A stretch of 64,000 nt of DNA from Spongospora subterranea f. sp. subterranea (taxonomy: Eukaryota), in NCBI GenBank assembly GCA_049724395.1, contig JAUGWO010000075.1:1-64000 (forward strand). Direction: 5' to 3'. Within the stretch, counting starts at the first letter, position 1. Every line of letters starts with the position of its first letter. The notes beneath the pieces were generated by a model, which was not told the DNA's origin, searched no databases, and saw nothing but the letters and a program-made list of their open reading frames with translations. This document shows positions 1-13,555 of this stretch, piece after piece. The position numbers and the translations under genes are program-made.

Positions 1-3000
1 GATCATCCAAATCTGAGCAGCTTGTGCGAATAGTGGGGTCCAATTCTGTTTCCTTCACCACTGGCCCGACCACGATCCATAAAGACCTCATTGTTCAAAC
101 TCCCGGATCTATTTCGTTATCCGAAAGTCTCACAATCAACTCGGGCGACGTTTTGTTGGCCGCTGATTCCGATGCCAATGGGACCGGTAGTTTCGTGGTG
201 GCACCCTCCAAGACCTTGACGGTTTCATTGTCTGGCGCTTCAGTTCAAATTTCGGCTGCTGATATTGTTCTGGATCCTACTTGTGTTCTGCAACTTGGCA
301 GCTCCAAGGTCGTGTTGGCTTCGTCAGGGACATTGGAACTGCATGCTGGGTCCACGTCCAGCGGAACCAATCACTTTGACCTAACGTCTGTTGAAGCGCA
401 GAGAGTGTCAACAACTGGCTCCTGGACACTGCAGAGTTCCTTGATCAAAATTCGTGGGCTCGCCCTGGCTGATACCATCGTTCCTGTTGAATTGAATGCA
501 AGGGCTTCCGGGGGGCAAATTTCTTTCACTGGATCCTCCTCGTTCTACAGTTTGAACGCCACTGCAGCTTCTGGAATCTACATTGGCGCCACAGTGACCT
601 CTACATCAGGACTGCTTCTCTTTGATGGTGATTACGATACAGTTGGAGGAGGGCAAACGAGCATCATGTCAGGTGCCACGCTGACCGCGGCTACAAATTT
701 GATAATGCATTCAAGGTCCAGCGGCCACATTGTTACATCGGGAACCCAGACATGGTCTGCTAAGCAAAACGTGGAACTTTATACCGGAGTTCGCTCCGTT
801 GGAACAAGTGGTGTTTTCTCCATTGTGGCCGACAGTGACGCGAATGGTTCTGGAATCATTGTTTGCTCTTCCATCGCCAATATTACAGTTGAATCGCCTG
901 CATTGGCCAGTGTCAATTTGGTTTATTATGATCTTCAATGGGCAGGCGGATTCAAACTTTCTGCATCTACTGCGAACGTCGTTTTTGATATGAGTCGATC
1001 AAGCCCAACCACGTTCGGCGGGTCAGGTGTCGTTAGCGATTCGGAGCTTCTCATGGTCACTACAACTGGCACTCTTCAACTTGGAGGATCTCTTTCGAGC
1101 AACATTGTTGTTCTAGGTATGGATCGATCATCCAAATCTGAGCAGCTTGTGCGAATAGTGGGGTCCAATTCTGTTTCCTTCACCACTGGCCCGACCACGA
1201 TCCATAAAGACCTCATTGTTCAAACTCCCGGATCTATTTCGTTATCCGAAAGTCTCACAATCAACTCGGGCGACGTTTTGTTGGCCGCTGATTCCGATGC
1301 CAATGGGACCGGTAGTTTCGTGGTGGCACCCTCCAAGACCTTGACGGTTTCATTGTCTGGCGCTTCAGTTCAAATTTCGGCTGCTGATATTGTTCTGGAT
1401 CCTACTTGTGTTCTGCAACTTGGCAGCTCCAAGGTCGTGTTGGCTTCGTCAGGGACATTGGAACTGCATGCTGGGTCCACGTCCAGCGGAACCAATCACT
1501 TTGACCTAACGTCTGTTGAAGCGCAGAGAGTGTCAACAACTGGCTCCTGGACACTGCAGAGTTCCTTGATCAAAATTCGTGGGCTCGCCCTGGCTGATAC
1601 CATCGTTCCTGTTGAATTGAATGCAAGGGCTTCCGGGGGGCAAATTTCTTTTTCACTGGATCCTCCTCGTTCTACAGTTTGAACGCCACTGCAGCTTCTG
1701 GAATCTACATTGGCGCCACAGTGACCTCTACATCAGGACTGCTTCTCTTTGATGGTGATTACGATACAGTTGGAGGAGGGCAAACGAGCATCATGTCAGG
1801 TGCCACGCTGACCGCGGCTACAAATTTGATAATGCATTCAAGGTCCAGCGGCCACATTGTTACATCGGGAACCCAGACATGGTCTGCTAAGCAAAACGTG
1901 GAACTTTATACCGGAGTTCGCTCCGTTGGAACAAGTGGTGTTTTCTCCATTGTGGCCGACAGTGACGCGAATGGTTCTGGAATCATTGTTTGCTCTTCCA
2001 TCGCCAATATTACAGTTGAATCGCCTGCATTGGCCAGTGTCAATTTGGTTTATTATGATCTTCAATGGGCAGGCGGATTCAAACTTTCTGCATCTACTGC
2101 GAACGTCGTTTTTGATATGAGTCGATCAAGCCCAACCACGTTCGGCGGGTCAGGTGTCGTTAGCGATTCGGAGCTTCTCATGGTCACTACAACTGGCACT
2201 CTTCAACTTGGAGGATCTCTTTCGAGCAACATTGTTGTTCTAGGTATGGATCGATCATCCAAATCTGAGCAGCTTGTGCGAATAGTGGGGTCCAATTCTG
2301 TTTCCTTCACCACTGGCCCGACCACGATCCATAAAGACCTCATTGTTCAAACTCCCGGATCTATTTCGTTATCCGAAAGTCTCACAATCAACTCGGGCGA
2401 CGTTTTGTTGGCCGCTGATTCCGATGCCAATGGGACCGGTAGTTTCGTGGTGGCACCCTCCAAGACCTTGACGGTTTCATTGTCTGGCGCTTCAGTTCAA
2501 ATTTCGGCTGCTGATATTGTTCTGGATCCTACTTGTGTTCTGCAACTTGGCAGCTCCAAGGTCGTGTTGGCTTCGTCAGGGACATTGGAACTGCATGCTG
2601 GGTCCACGTCCAGCGGAACCAATCACTTTGACCTAACGTCTGTTGAAGCGCAGAGAGTGTCAACAACTGGCTCCTGGACACTGCAGAGTTCCTTGATCAA
2701 AATTCGTGGGCTCGCCCTGGCTGATACCATCGTTCCTGTTGAATTGAATGCAAGGGCTTCCGGGGGGCAAATTTCTTTCACTGGATCCTCCTCGTTCTAC
2801 AGTTTGAACGCCACTGCAGCTTCTGGAATCTACATTGGCGCCACAGTGACCTCTACATCAGGACTGCTTCTCTTTGATGGTGATTACGATACAGTTGGAG
2901 GAGGGCAAACGAGCATCATGTCAGGTGCCACGCTGACCGCGGCTACAAATTTGATAATGCATTCAAGGTCCAGCGGCCACATTGTTACATCGGGAACCCA

Positions 3001-6000
3001 GACATGGTCTGCTAAGCAAAACGTGGAACTTTATACCGGAGTTCGCTCCGTTGGAACAAGTGGTGTTTTCTCCATTGTGGCCGACAGTGACGCGAATGGT
3101 TCTGGAATCATTGTTTGCTCTTCCATCGCCAATATTACAGTTGAATCGCCTGCATTGGCCAGTGTCAATTTGGTTTATTATGATCTTCAATGGGCAGGCG
3201 GATTCAAACTTTCTGCATCTACTGCGAACGTCGTTTTTGATATGAGTCGATCAAGCCCAACCACGTTCGGCGGGTCAGGTGTCGTTAGCGATTCGGAGCT
3301 TCTCATGGTCACTACAACTGGCACTCTTCAACTTGGAGGATCTCTTTCGAGCAACATTGTTGTTCTAGGTATGGATCGATCATCCAAATCTGAGCAGCTT
3401 GTGCGAATAGTGGGGTCCAATTCTGTTTCCTTCACCACTGGCCCGACCACGATCCATAAAGACCTCATTGTTCAAACTCCCGGATCTATTTCGTTATCCG
3501 AAAGTCTCACAATCAACTCGGGCGACGTTTTGTTGGCCGCTGATTCCGATGCCAATGGGACCGGTAGTTTCGTGGTGGCACCCTCCAAGACCTTGACGGT
3601 TTCATTGTCTGGCGCTTCAGTTCAAATTTCGGCTGCTGATATTGTTCTGGATCCTACTTGTGTTCTGCAACTTGGCAGCTCCAAGGTCGTGTTGGCTTCG
3701 TCAGGGACATTGGAACTGCATGCTGGGTCCACGTCCAGCGGAACCAATCACTTTGACCTAACGTCTGTTGAAGCGCAGAGAGTGTCAACAACTGGCTCCT
3801 GGACACTGCAGAGTTCCTTGATCAAAATTCGTGGGCTCGCCCTGGCTGATACCATCGTTCCTGTTGAATTGAATGCAAGGGCTTCCGGGGGGCAAATTTC
3901 TTTCACTGGATCCTCCTCGTTCTACAGTTTGAACGCCACTGCAGCTTCTGGAATCTACATTGGCGCCACAGTGACCTCTACATCAGGACTGCTTCTCTTT
4001 GATGGTGATTACGATACAGTTGGAGGAGGGCAAACGAGCATCATGTCAGGTGCCACGCTGACCGCGGCTACAAATTTGATAATGCATTCAAGGTCCAGCG
4101 GCCACATTGTTACATCGGGAACCCAGACATGGTCTGCTAAGCAAAACGTGGAACTTTATACCGGAGTTCGCTCCGTTGGAACAAGTGGTGTTTTCTCCAT
4201 TGTGGCCGACAGTGACGCGAATGGTTCTGGAATCATTGTTTGCTCTTCCATCGCCAATATTACAGTTGAATCGCCTGCATTGGCCAGTGTCAATTTGGTT
4301 TATTATGATCTTCAATGGGCAGGCGGATTCAAACTTTCTGCATCTACTGCGAACGTCGTTTTTGATATGAGTCGATCAAGCCCAACCACGTTCGGCGGGG
4401 GTCAGGTGTCGTTAGCGATTCGGAGCTTCTCATGGTCACTACAACTGGCACTCTTCAACTTGGAGGATCTCTTTCGAGCAACATTGTTGTTCTAGGTATG
4501 GATCGATCATCCAAATCTGAGCAGCTTGTGCGAATAGTGGGGTCCAATTCTGTTTCCTTCACCACTGGCCCGACCACGATCCATAAAGACCTCATTGTTC
4601 AAACTCCCGGATCTATTTCGTTATCCGAAAGTCTCACAATCAACTCGGGCGACGTTTTGTTGGCCGCTGATTCCGATGCCAATGGGACCGGTAGTTTCGT
4701 GGTGGCACCCTCCAAGACCTTGACGGTTTCATTGTCTGGCGCTTCAGTTCAAATTTCGGCTGCTGATATTGTTCTGGATCCTACTTGTGTTCTGCAACTT
4801 GGCAGCTCCAAGGTCGTGTTGGCTTCGTCAGGGACATTGGAACTGCATGCTGGGTCCACGTCCAGCGGAACCAATCACTTTGACCTAACGTCTGTTGAAG
4901 CGCAGAGAGTGTCAACAACTGGCTCCTGGACACTGCAGAGTTCCTTGATTCAAAATTCGTGGGCTCGCCCTGGCTGATACCATCGTTCCTGTTGAATTGA
5001 ATGCAAGGGCTTCCGGGGGGCAAATTTCTTTCACTGGATCCTCCTCGTTCTACAGTTTGAACGCCACTGCAGCTTCTGGAATCTACATTGGCGCCACAGT
5101 GACCTCTACATCAGGACTGCTTCTCTTTGATGGTGATTACGATACAGTTGGAGGAGGGCAAACGAGCATCATGTCAGGTGCCACGCTGACCGCGGCTACA
5201 AATTTGATAATGCATTCAAGGTCCAGCGGCCACATTGTTACATCGGGAACCCAGACATGGTCTGCTAAGCAAAACGTGGAACTTTATACCGGAGTTCGCT
5301 CCGTTGGAACAAGTGGTGTTTTCTCCATTGTGGCCGACAGTGACGCGAATGGTTCTGGAATCATTGTTTGCTCTTCCATCGCCAATATTACAGTTGAATC
5401 GCCTGCATTGGCCAGTGTCAATTTGGTTTATTATGATCTTCAATGGGCAGGCGGATTCAAACTTTCTGCATCTACTGCGAACGTCGTTTTTGATATGAGT
5501 CGATCAAGCCCAACCACGTTCGGCGGGTCAGGTGTCGTTAGCGATTCGGAGCTTCTCATGGTCACTACAACTGGCACTCTTCAACTTGGAGGATCTCTTT
5601 CGAGCAACATTGTTGTTCTAGGTATGGATCGATCATCCAAATCTGAGCAGCTTGTGCGAATAGTGGGGTCCAATTCTGTTTCCTTCACCACTGGCCCGAC
5701 CACGATCCATAAAGACCTCATTGTTCAAACTCCCGGATCTATTTCGTTATCCGAAAGTCTCACAATCAACTCGGGCGACGTTTTGTTGGCCGCTGATTCC
5801 GATGCCAATGGGACCGGTAGTTTCGTGGTGGCACCCTCCAAGACCTTGACGGTTTCATTGTCTGGCGCTTCAGTTCAAATTTCGGCTGCTGATATTGTTC
5901 TGGATCCTACTTGTGTTCTGCAACTTGGCAGCTCCAAGGTCGTGTTGGCTTCGTCAGGGACATTGGAACTGCATGCTGGGTCCACGTCCAGCGGAACCAA

Positions 6001-6858
6001 TCACTTTGACCTAACGTCTGTTGAAGCGCAGAGAGTGTCAACAACTGGCTCCTGGACACTGCAGAGTTCCTTGATCAAAATTCGTGGGCTCGCCCTGGCT
6101 GATACCATCGTTCCTGTTGAATTGAATGCAAGGGCTTCCGGGGGGCAAATTTCTTTCACTGGATCCTCCTCGTTCTACAGTTTGAACGCCACTGCAGCTT
6201 CTGGAATCTACATTGGCGCCACAGTGACCTCTACATCAGGACTGCTTCTCTTTGATGGTGATTACGATACAGTTGGAGGAGGGCAAACGAGCATCATGTC
6301 AGGTGCCACGCTGACCGCGGCTACAAATTTGATAATGCATTCAAGGTCCAGCGGCCACATTGTTACATCGGGAACCCAGACATGGTCTGCTAAGCAAAAC
6401 GTGGAACTTTATACCGGAGTTCGCTCCGTTGGAACAAGTGGTGTTTTCTCCATTGTGGCCGACAGTGACGCGAATGGTTCTGGAATCATTGTTTGCTCTT
6501 CCATCGCCAATATTACAGTTGAATCGCCTGCATTGGCCAGTGTCAATTTGGTTTATTATGATCTTCAATGGGCAGGCGGATTCAAACTTTCTGCATCTAC
6601 TGCGAACGTCGTTTTTGATATGAGTCGATCAAGCCCAACCACGTTCGGCGGGTCAGGTGTCGTTAGCGATTCGGAGCTTCTCATGGTCACTACAACTGGC
6701 ACTCTTCAACTTGGAGGATCTCTTTCGAGCAACATTGTTGTTCTAGGTATGGATCGATCATCCAAATCTGAGCAGCTTGTGCGAATAGTGGGGTCCAATT
6801 CTGTTTCCTTCACCACTGGCCCGACCACGATCCATAAAGACCTCATTGTTCAAACTCC
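1..6858 (+). repeat. Coding tandem repeat, 1125-bp unit (375 aa), six copies plus the start of a seventh, identical apart from 3 indels
   Basis: Unit start GATCATCCAAATCTGAGCAG recurs at 1, 1126, 2253, 3378, 4505, 5631 and 6756. The first substitution is at ~6859 (CCC->CCT), after which copy 7 diverges progressively. Confidence 0.97.
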
Positions 6859-9800
6859 TGGATCTATTTCGTTATCCGAAAGTCTCACAATCAACTCGGG
6901 TGACCTTTTGTTGACCGCCGATTCCGATGCGAATGGCACCGGAAGTTTTGTGGTTGCACCTTCTAAGACCTTGACAGTTTCATTGTCCGGCGCTTCAGTT
7001 CAAATTTCATCTGCTGATATTGTTCTGGATCCCACTTGCGCGCTGCAACTTGGCAGCTCCCATGTTGTTTTTTCGTCATCTGGTACGCGTGAGTTTCGCG
7101 CCGGAGCCACAAACAGCATTGGTGATTGGCTTGATTTCAGCTCTATTGAACTTCAACGTGTTTTCACCAGTTACATGTTAACGCTCACAAGCTCATTCAT
7201 CACAATTCGTGGTTTTGCTCTGTCAGACACCAACGTTCCTGTTGAACTCAATTCTGCTGTTTCCGGTGGCAAAATAATTTTTGCCGGGGTTGCTGTTTTT
7301 CATAGTTTGAACGCTACTGCAGCAGATGGTATCGATGTTTTGTTCCCAATTAATACTACTGTCGGAGATCTTGTTCTTGATGCCGATTTTGATTGTGATG
7401 GCATCGGAACTTCCACGTTTTCAAGCATTGCCTCTCTGTTTTCTGCACATAACCTTCAACTGCATCCTCGAGGTTCAGGTTCTGCCGCCGCTCAAGCGCC
7501 TGCTGTGTGGCATGCAAAAAATGATATCACCATATTCACGAAGGTTACCGTTGCTGGAGTTGGTAATTTCTCGTTCAATTCCGATTCAAGTACCAGCGAT
7601 GGTCGCGGGTCATTAATATGTTCTGGTTCCGGAAACATTTCGTCGTCATCCATCTCCGTTCCCTTTATATTGTTCGTTGCGGCTGATTATGTTCTGTCTT
7701 CCAGTTGCATTGTCAGTGCCGAATATTCAAGTATTGCGGTTTCCGGATCTGGATTGTCGACGATGGCCCTTGGGTCTGTTTCTGGTGGTTGTTCAGTTTC
7801 AAACATGGAGTTCAATTTATTTCGTACCGTTTCGAGTTTGATTTTCGGCGGTTCATTGATCTATGATATGATCGTGTCCCATATATCTTATGCCCATTCT
7901 GCTGCCCACATTGAGCTGCATGCTATCAAGGATTGTACTAGCAACATTACAGTTTCGGGGCCCATTGCTGCGGTTTTTTCTGGTTTATCGAATTTAGTTT
8001 TTGTTTCTTCTTTCATCAACATTTCAGCAACAATCAATTCCACTGGCAGTGTTCGCCTGGTTCCTTCATTGCCATCAAACATATCGCTTGGGTCATCTGT
8101 ATCGCAATTTGCACTGTCTGAACGCGACATCAATAATATCATAACACCTCAAACTTTATCGGTTGGTGGCTTTTTCGCCGAAGGTGTTTTCATATCGCAC
8201 GTTGAGTACATATCTCGTCTCGGGACTTTCGAGATTATTGCTCGAGACGCTGTCGAAGGAGTTGGTTCTCGAAACATTGGCAACTCAACTGTTGCTTATT
8301 CGAATTTACATGCGAATAGTCTTCCGCTGTGGAAAATTGATGATTCTTGGTCTATATCTCTTCAAATTCATGCGGATGTTGATGACTCGTTTTCAGGGAC
8401 ATTACTCTGCACGCTATCTTGCGCATTTTGTCGGATCAGCGTCAATGCTTCGCAAAGTTCTCTTGATCCTTTCTTACGAACCTCGTCACAACAAAAATTG
8501 GAGTTTTTTGGTTCTGTTCCGGAAATTCGAAACGCCCTTAATACAGTGGTTTACACTCGTAACCGCTCTTACTTTGGATGCGATGCCATCACTGCAACGC
8601 TATCTCGTTTCAACGGAGATCAGCCTATAAATTATAATGGGTACGTCGAAGTTCAATTGCACGATGGTGCTAGTGATGGATTGCTTTCTACTATTTCCGG
8701 TGGCTTTCTGGGATCAAGTCCTGGATACGCCCTCTCTGCGAAGTTCAACGGGATCAGAGGCATTGCCTTCAACTCCGATCAAACATGTCTTTACGTGAGC
8801 GATACTAAAAACAACCTTATCCTCAAAGTTTCACTGGCCGGTAATTCAACGATCTTCGCTGGGCTCAGCTCGTCTGGCTTCGTCGACGGGTTTGGTACCA
8901 GCGCTAGATTTAACCGTCCGAACGGGTTGGCCACTCTTGTGAACGGCACGGTGGTCGTTGCCGACACAGAGAATCACGCCATTCGGTTTGTTTCGCCATT
9001 TGGAAACACTTCGACTGTGGTATCCGGCGGTTACGGGCCATTAAAGCGGCCCAGCGATGTCTGCGTCAGCAATATTTCGGGGACGATTTTTGTTGCCGAT
9101 ACAGAAAATAATCGGATAGCTGTCATTGTTCAGAATGGATCTCTACAAAGTTTTGCTGGTGATGGTCAGTTCGGCTATAGAGATTCTGACGTATCTCTGA
9201 CTGCCAGATTCCGACACCCAACTGGAGTGGCTCTAGATTCCCTGAGTAATCTTTACGTTGCTGATTCATTGAACCATTGCATTAGAATAGTATATCCAAA
9301 CGGATCTGTTTCTACATTTGCCGGTATGCCTGGTTCACATGGACTTTCCGATGGCTATCGTTTGACTGCTCGTTTTCACAAACCAATTTCCATTGCGATT
9401 GATATGCACGATAATCTATATATATGCGATCTCTTTAATCATGCGATTCGTCGAATCGATGATTCTGGAATGGTAACAACAATCGTCGGAAATGGACCTG
9501 GTTTTTCAGATGGGCCTGCAAAGCTGTTTGGGCAGTTGAATTTCCCGTTCACGGTGGCTGTGTCTTCATCTATGAACGATCTCTATATTGCAGATAGCGG
9601 CAACAACGCCATTCGACAAGTGCATTATGTGAGGTCCCTCCCAGCTATTTCCTCAATTTGGCCATCCAGCGGATCCAGCCTGGGAAATACTAAAGTTAAC
9701 GTCACCGGAACTTTTCAAGCATCACCTCAGAATCTCTGGTGCAGTTTCGGTGACAATTTACTCATCGCAGCTGTGGTCGTCAACACACATCTTCTGTCCT

Positions 9801-11389
9801 GTACAACTCCCGTCCACATCGCAGGACCATCACTTATTCGTATTGTACACAAGTTCGATTACAATCTTGAATATGATAAGAAAACATACTTTTACGCAAG
9901 CAATTCCAAGGAATTCAGTTTTATCGAATACTCCGTGTTTACTATGGTCAAAAGGATCACACCGTCGGTTGGATTGAATATAGGAGGCACTCCTGTGACC
10001 ATTCTTGGGAAAAACTTTTATGATTCTGAGCAGCTTTCATGTAAATTCGATTCTGTTGTGGTATCAGCTGAATTTGTCTCTCAAGAATCAGTAATCTGTA
10101 TTAGTCCAACCAGATCCAATGGGCAGGCGTATGTATCCTTAACGTTCGACGGACAGCAGTTCACATCCGGCGCGCATGCTGTTTTCGCCTATATCAAGCG
10201 TCCAGTCATCGACGCCATCAACCCGTCTTTCGCGCCAATCTATTCTCATACTCTGATCACGGTAACTGGAACAGACTTCATTGATTCTGCCATTGCGACC
10301 TGCATTTTCGGAATCGACAAAGTGCCGGCTGTGTATAAGTCGCCTACCACATTACTATGCGTCACTCCGATTCGTAGCTCTCCTGTTGTTGATTCTGTGT
10401 CGGTTTCCATGAACGGGCTACTTTCCGAGTCGTCCCTTCTCGCTATCCAGTTTAATTTTACCGATATGATTCGAATATCTGCAGCTGTACCGTCGGAGGG
10501 CCCAATCACTGGAGAAACAATAGTTAACATTTCTGGGAATGGGTTTTCCAGCACTAGCGCTGTTTTCTGCAAATTCGGAGAACGCAATGTTCTCACACCT
10601 GTCTTGAGTCAATCTTCAACCTGGGTTGTATGTCGGACAACTCCTGCAGAAAGCGGTCAAGCTACCGTGTTCGTCGGTAGCAGTGCTACCATGATGGCAT
10701 CTTCCTCGCTGTTTTTCTTGTTCTCGGAACCTGAAATAGTACTTTCACTAAAGCCTAGTTTCGGCCCTATTTCTGGTCAAACCCCAGTAACAGTGACCGG
10801 TTGGAATTTCCGCAACACGCCAACGTTGCAATGCGCGTTCGGTTCTGCCGGTACGGTTCCAGGTCAATTTATCTCGATGTCCACCGTAGTCTGTCTCTCT
10901 CCCAACTCGACTGCCGGCTCTGTCAATATTTCTGTTAGCAATAATGCAAATGAGTTTTCAAACACAAGTCTCCCGTACATATATAGAAACCTGGAGACAG
11001 TGACCTACATTTCCCCGCATATTGGCCCAACCTGGTCATCGATTCCCGTTTATGTCCACGGAACGAATTTTTATCGCTCTAGCCTTATTCGCTGCAGTTT
11101 CTCAAGTTTTCCTCTAGTGCGTCCTCAGTTCATTAACAGCACTTGTCTAATCTGTTTAACCCCCAAAGCATTTTCTCCTTCAAATTCTACAGTTTCAGTC
11201 GCGAATAACGGTGTTAACATTGCACCCTCAACAGCAGAATATCAGTTTGTTGAGCCCATTCAAGTTATTTCAGTGTCCCCATCGTCTGGTGCATCCTCTG
11301 GTGGCACCCTTGTTACAGTTACTGTTGATCGAGCACAACCAGCCAACGGTCAATGGCAATGCGTGTTTAGCGACGCAGACGAACACTAA
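1..11389 (+). CDS. Giant putative cell-surface/secreted protein, 5' end outside window: 375-aa Ser/Thr/Gly-rich repeats, cadherin/Ig-like segment, 6-blade NHL beta-propeller, 6 complete + 1 partial IPT/TIG domains
   Basis: ORFs 24-1682, 1679-4495, 4432-4977 and 4997-11389 join into one reading frame once three insertions are removed (+2 T at ~1650, +2 G at ~4399, +1 T at ~4950, each judged against sibling repeat copies). NHL blades (e.g. ARFRHPTGVALDSLSNLYVADSLNHCIRIV) lie at ~8730-9630. IPT starts (e.g. PSSGSSLGNTKVNVTG, PSFGPISGQTPVTVTG) lie at ~9640-11389. No introns seen. Confidence 0.88.
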
Positions 11390-11679
11390 GTCATAGATTT
11401 ACAAGATGATAAATTTATTCATTGCTTGATTATCCTTTTTGTGCTTGTGGATAGATTTCGGAAAGCCCAGCTTAGTTTGACGATTCTGCGTAAATCATTT
11501 TTTTGCGTCGAGGAGTAGGTTTTTGGTGAAAAAACCAGTTTTGTTGGGGTTTCGAACTCTGTAGGCTACGAGTTTCCCTGTGTGTGTACATATGAATGAG
11601 TCAGTGTGTATGGATATTTGGCCAAGGTCACAATGTCAGTCCAGATTGTTGGTTGATGTAAGGGCGGTGCCAAATCCGG

Positions 11680-13349
11680 ATGACTTCGTCTCCGGTTCTC
11701 GAGCGCCTCATAATCCTTTTCTCTGGAATCTGTATGGGTCGATTTTCGGACGGAATTTCAATATGGGTTGGATGCTCTGGGCGAGACGCTATTTTGGTTG
11801 ATGATCGTGGCGAGCCCCGACATATGGTCCCGGAATACGCCCCTCGTACACAGTTCTCTGCCCGTTCCCGATTTTCTTCTTTATTCAAAATCCGAAATCG
11901 CTATCATCCTATACCATTAGCACTTTTGGCACTCGATATTGTTCCCGATGGCCAAATCTCCCCGAGTGAGATCCGGTCGGTTTCTTGGCCGTGCTACAGG
12001 AATGTGGAATTCGTGGAGTCCATTTGTGGTCGCTATCGGTTGTCATTAGATCCTATCTCCGCTCAGGTGACGATCGAGTTTCCAATTTTGGTTCATGGAG
12101 CGCATGCCCGGGGTTCATACACGATTCGACAGCATTGGTCGACTGTCGACCTGCCAGCTTCATGGCGCCACGCCCTTCTGTTAGCTCAAAACCCAATCTG
12201 TGACCGCTGCGATGATATCGTCACCGTCGATATGCGCATTGCAACCAGCACTGAACGTCTTCGCAGCGAAGTTCTCCATCGAAATCAAAACGTGATGAAT
12301 TTGCAAAACGCTTATCCTGATCATGACCCGGTTTTCATTGATTGGACGCCGGAAGTAGTCTATCGTGTTTGCGGAGAGGGAATCGGTGTTGACGTACTCT
12401 TCAAGGACGGATCTGTGTTGAAATCGCACGATCTCCTGTTTTTTACGCATTCCACGACGCCTCCTTCCATGTATTCGGTCGGGGATCTGGCTTCCACCGA
12501 CCTAGAATCTGACCAATTACCCATAATCAGCTCGATCCATCGAGCTGTTCGAATGCTGAAACTTCATCGCACCATTATCGCTATGGGCCCTGCCAACGAT
12601 CTCCCAGCGAATCCTCATGTCTCCAATAGGGAAACGCAGAATGTTTCAATTCCATCTATTGGCGATTTCATCGCTTTCGCTGACGGCCGAGTTACTGGAA
12701 GGTCTGCCTGCTCTGCCCCTTTTCTAGTTTTCAGTGTTCAAGCACCCGGTTCTTCTTTATCAACTTGTGTTTTGATGTTTGGCATACCTATCGTTTAGAA
12801 AGACCTCATCAGAATCTTTGGAACTGGAAACCCGATTGTGTAAGACTGTGTTTGTATTTATTCATCACGTATTTGAGACGTCTTCTTCTTTCTTTGAAAA
12901 AGCGAATTTAACAAGTGCGTCTGTCTGTGTGTTTTAGGTTCTACGATCGAACCATTGTTGACTTGGATTCATCTCACTCCACATGTCGTATACTGTTACC
13001 GGATGGCACGTTACAAAGCGTTAGAGTGGTGGCGTTGGATTCGGCATCGCAGTTGGTCCCCTACGTCAATACTTGCATGGAGTTCGCCACATGGGCTTCA
13101 ATGTCGCTCGAGCAGCGCTTGGCTTTAGAGCAACGCACCCAACAAAGGAGTGCTCTGGTCGAAACCGAAGTCGAACGCAACGCGTGGTTTTTACGCCGGG
13201 CATTGGCAACATCCTCCAACCAAGTTGAGAACTCGAGGCCTGTGCTAGCGAAGGATCCGGCCGTCAATGGTAAACCGGACCTGGCGGCTCTGACGCGACA
13301 GGCCATGGAGAATAATCACATCATATTACAACGAATATCGCGACATTGA
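11680..13349 (+). CDS. C5orf34-like protein (DUF4524/DUF4520-type), 2 exons
   Basis: Exon 11680-12701, GT-AG intron 12702-12937, exon 12938-13349, joining as IGDFIAFADGRVTGR|FYDRTIVDL. The N-terminal RLIILFSG...SDG, the VSWP...VESICG segment and the G.F.A..DG.V...F.D segment resemble animal C5orf34 as I recall it. Confidence 0.6.
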
Positions 13350-13555
13350 ACCGTCATTGCTCAGTCACCATAACCACAGCACTGCCAACATTTTCATCTA
13401 TACGACCATCGATTTCTTCAGAAAAATGCCGATTTCGAAAGTTTTTGAGGCCGACGACGCGATGCTTTTTGGGCAGCTGTGTTCCCCTGAGTGATATGTA
13501 TAAAAAAATGTATTATTATGATGATTGCGGGGAAGAGGATTGTATGAGTGTAATA

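Noticed and set aside
1645..4952. Frameshifts in the giant gene as pseudogenisation, phase variation or programmed frameshifting
   Set aside because: All three are 1-2 nt expansions of base runs in otherwise identical copies, typical of long-read consensus error in unpolishable repeats. Slipped-strand variation cannot be excluded without reads.
711..6623. Recurring 75-aa (-) and 87-aa (+) ORFs
   Set aside because: They are shadow ORFs repeated only because the 1125-bp unit is repeated.
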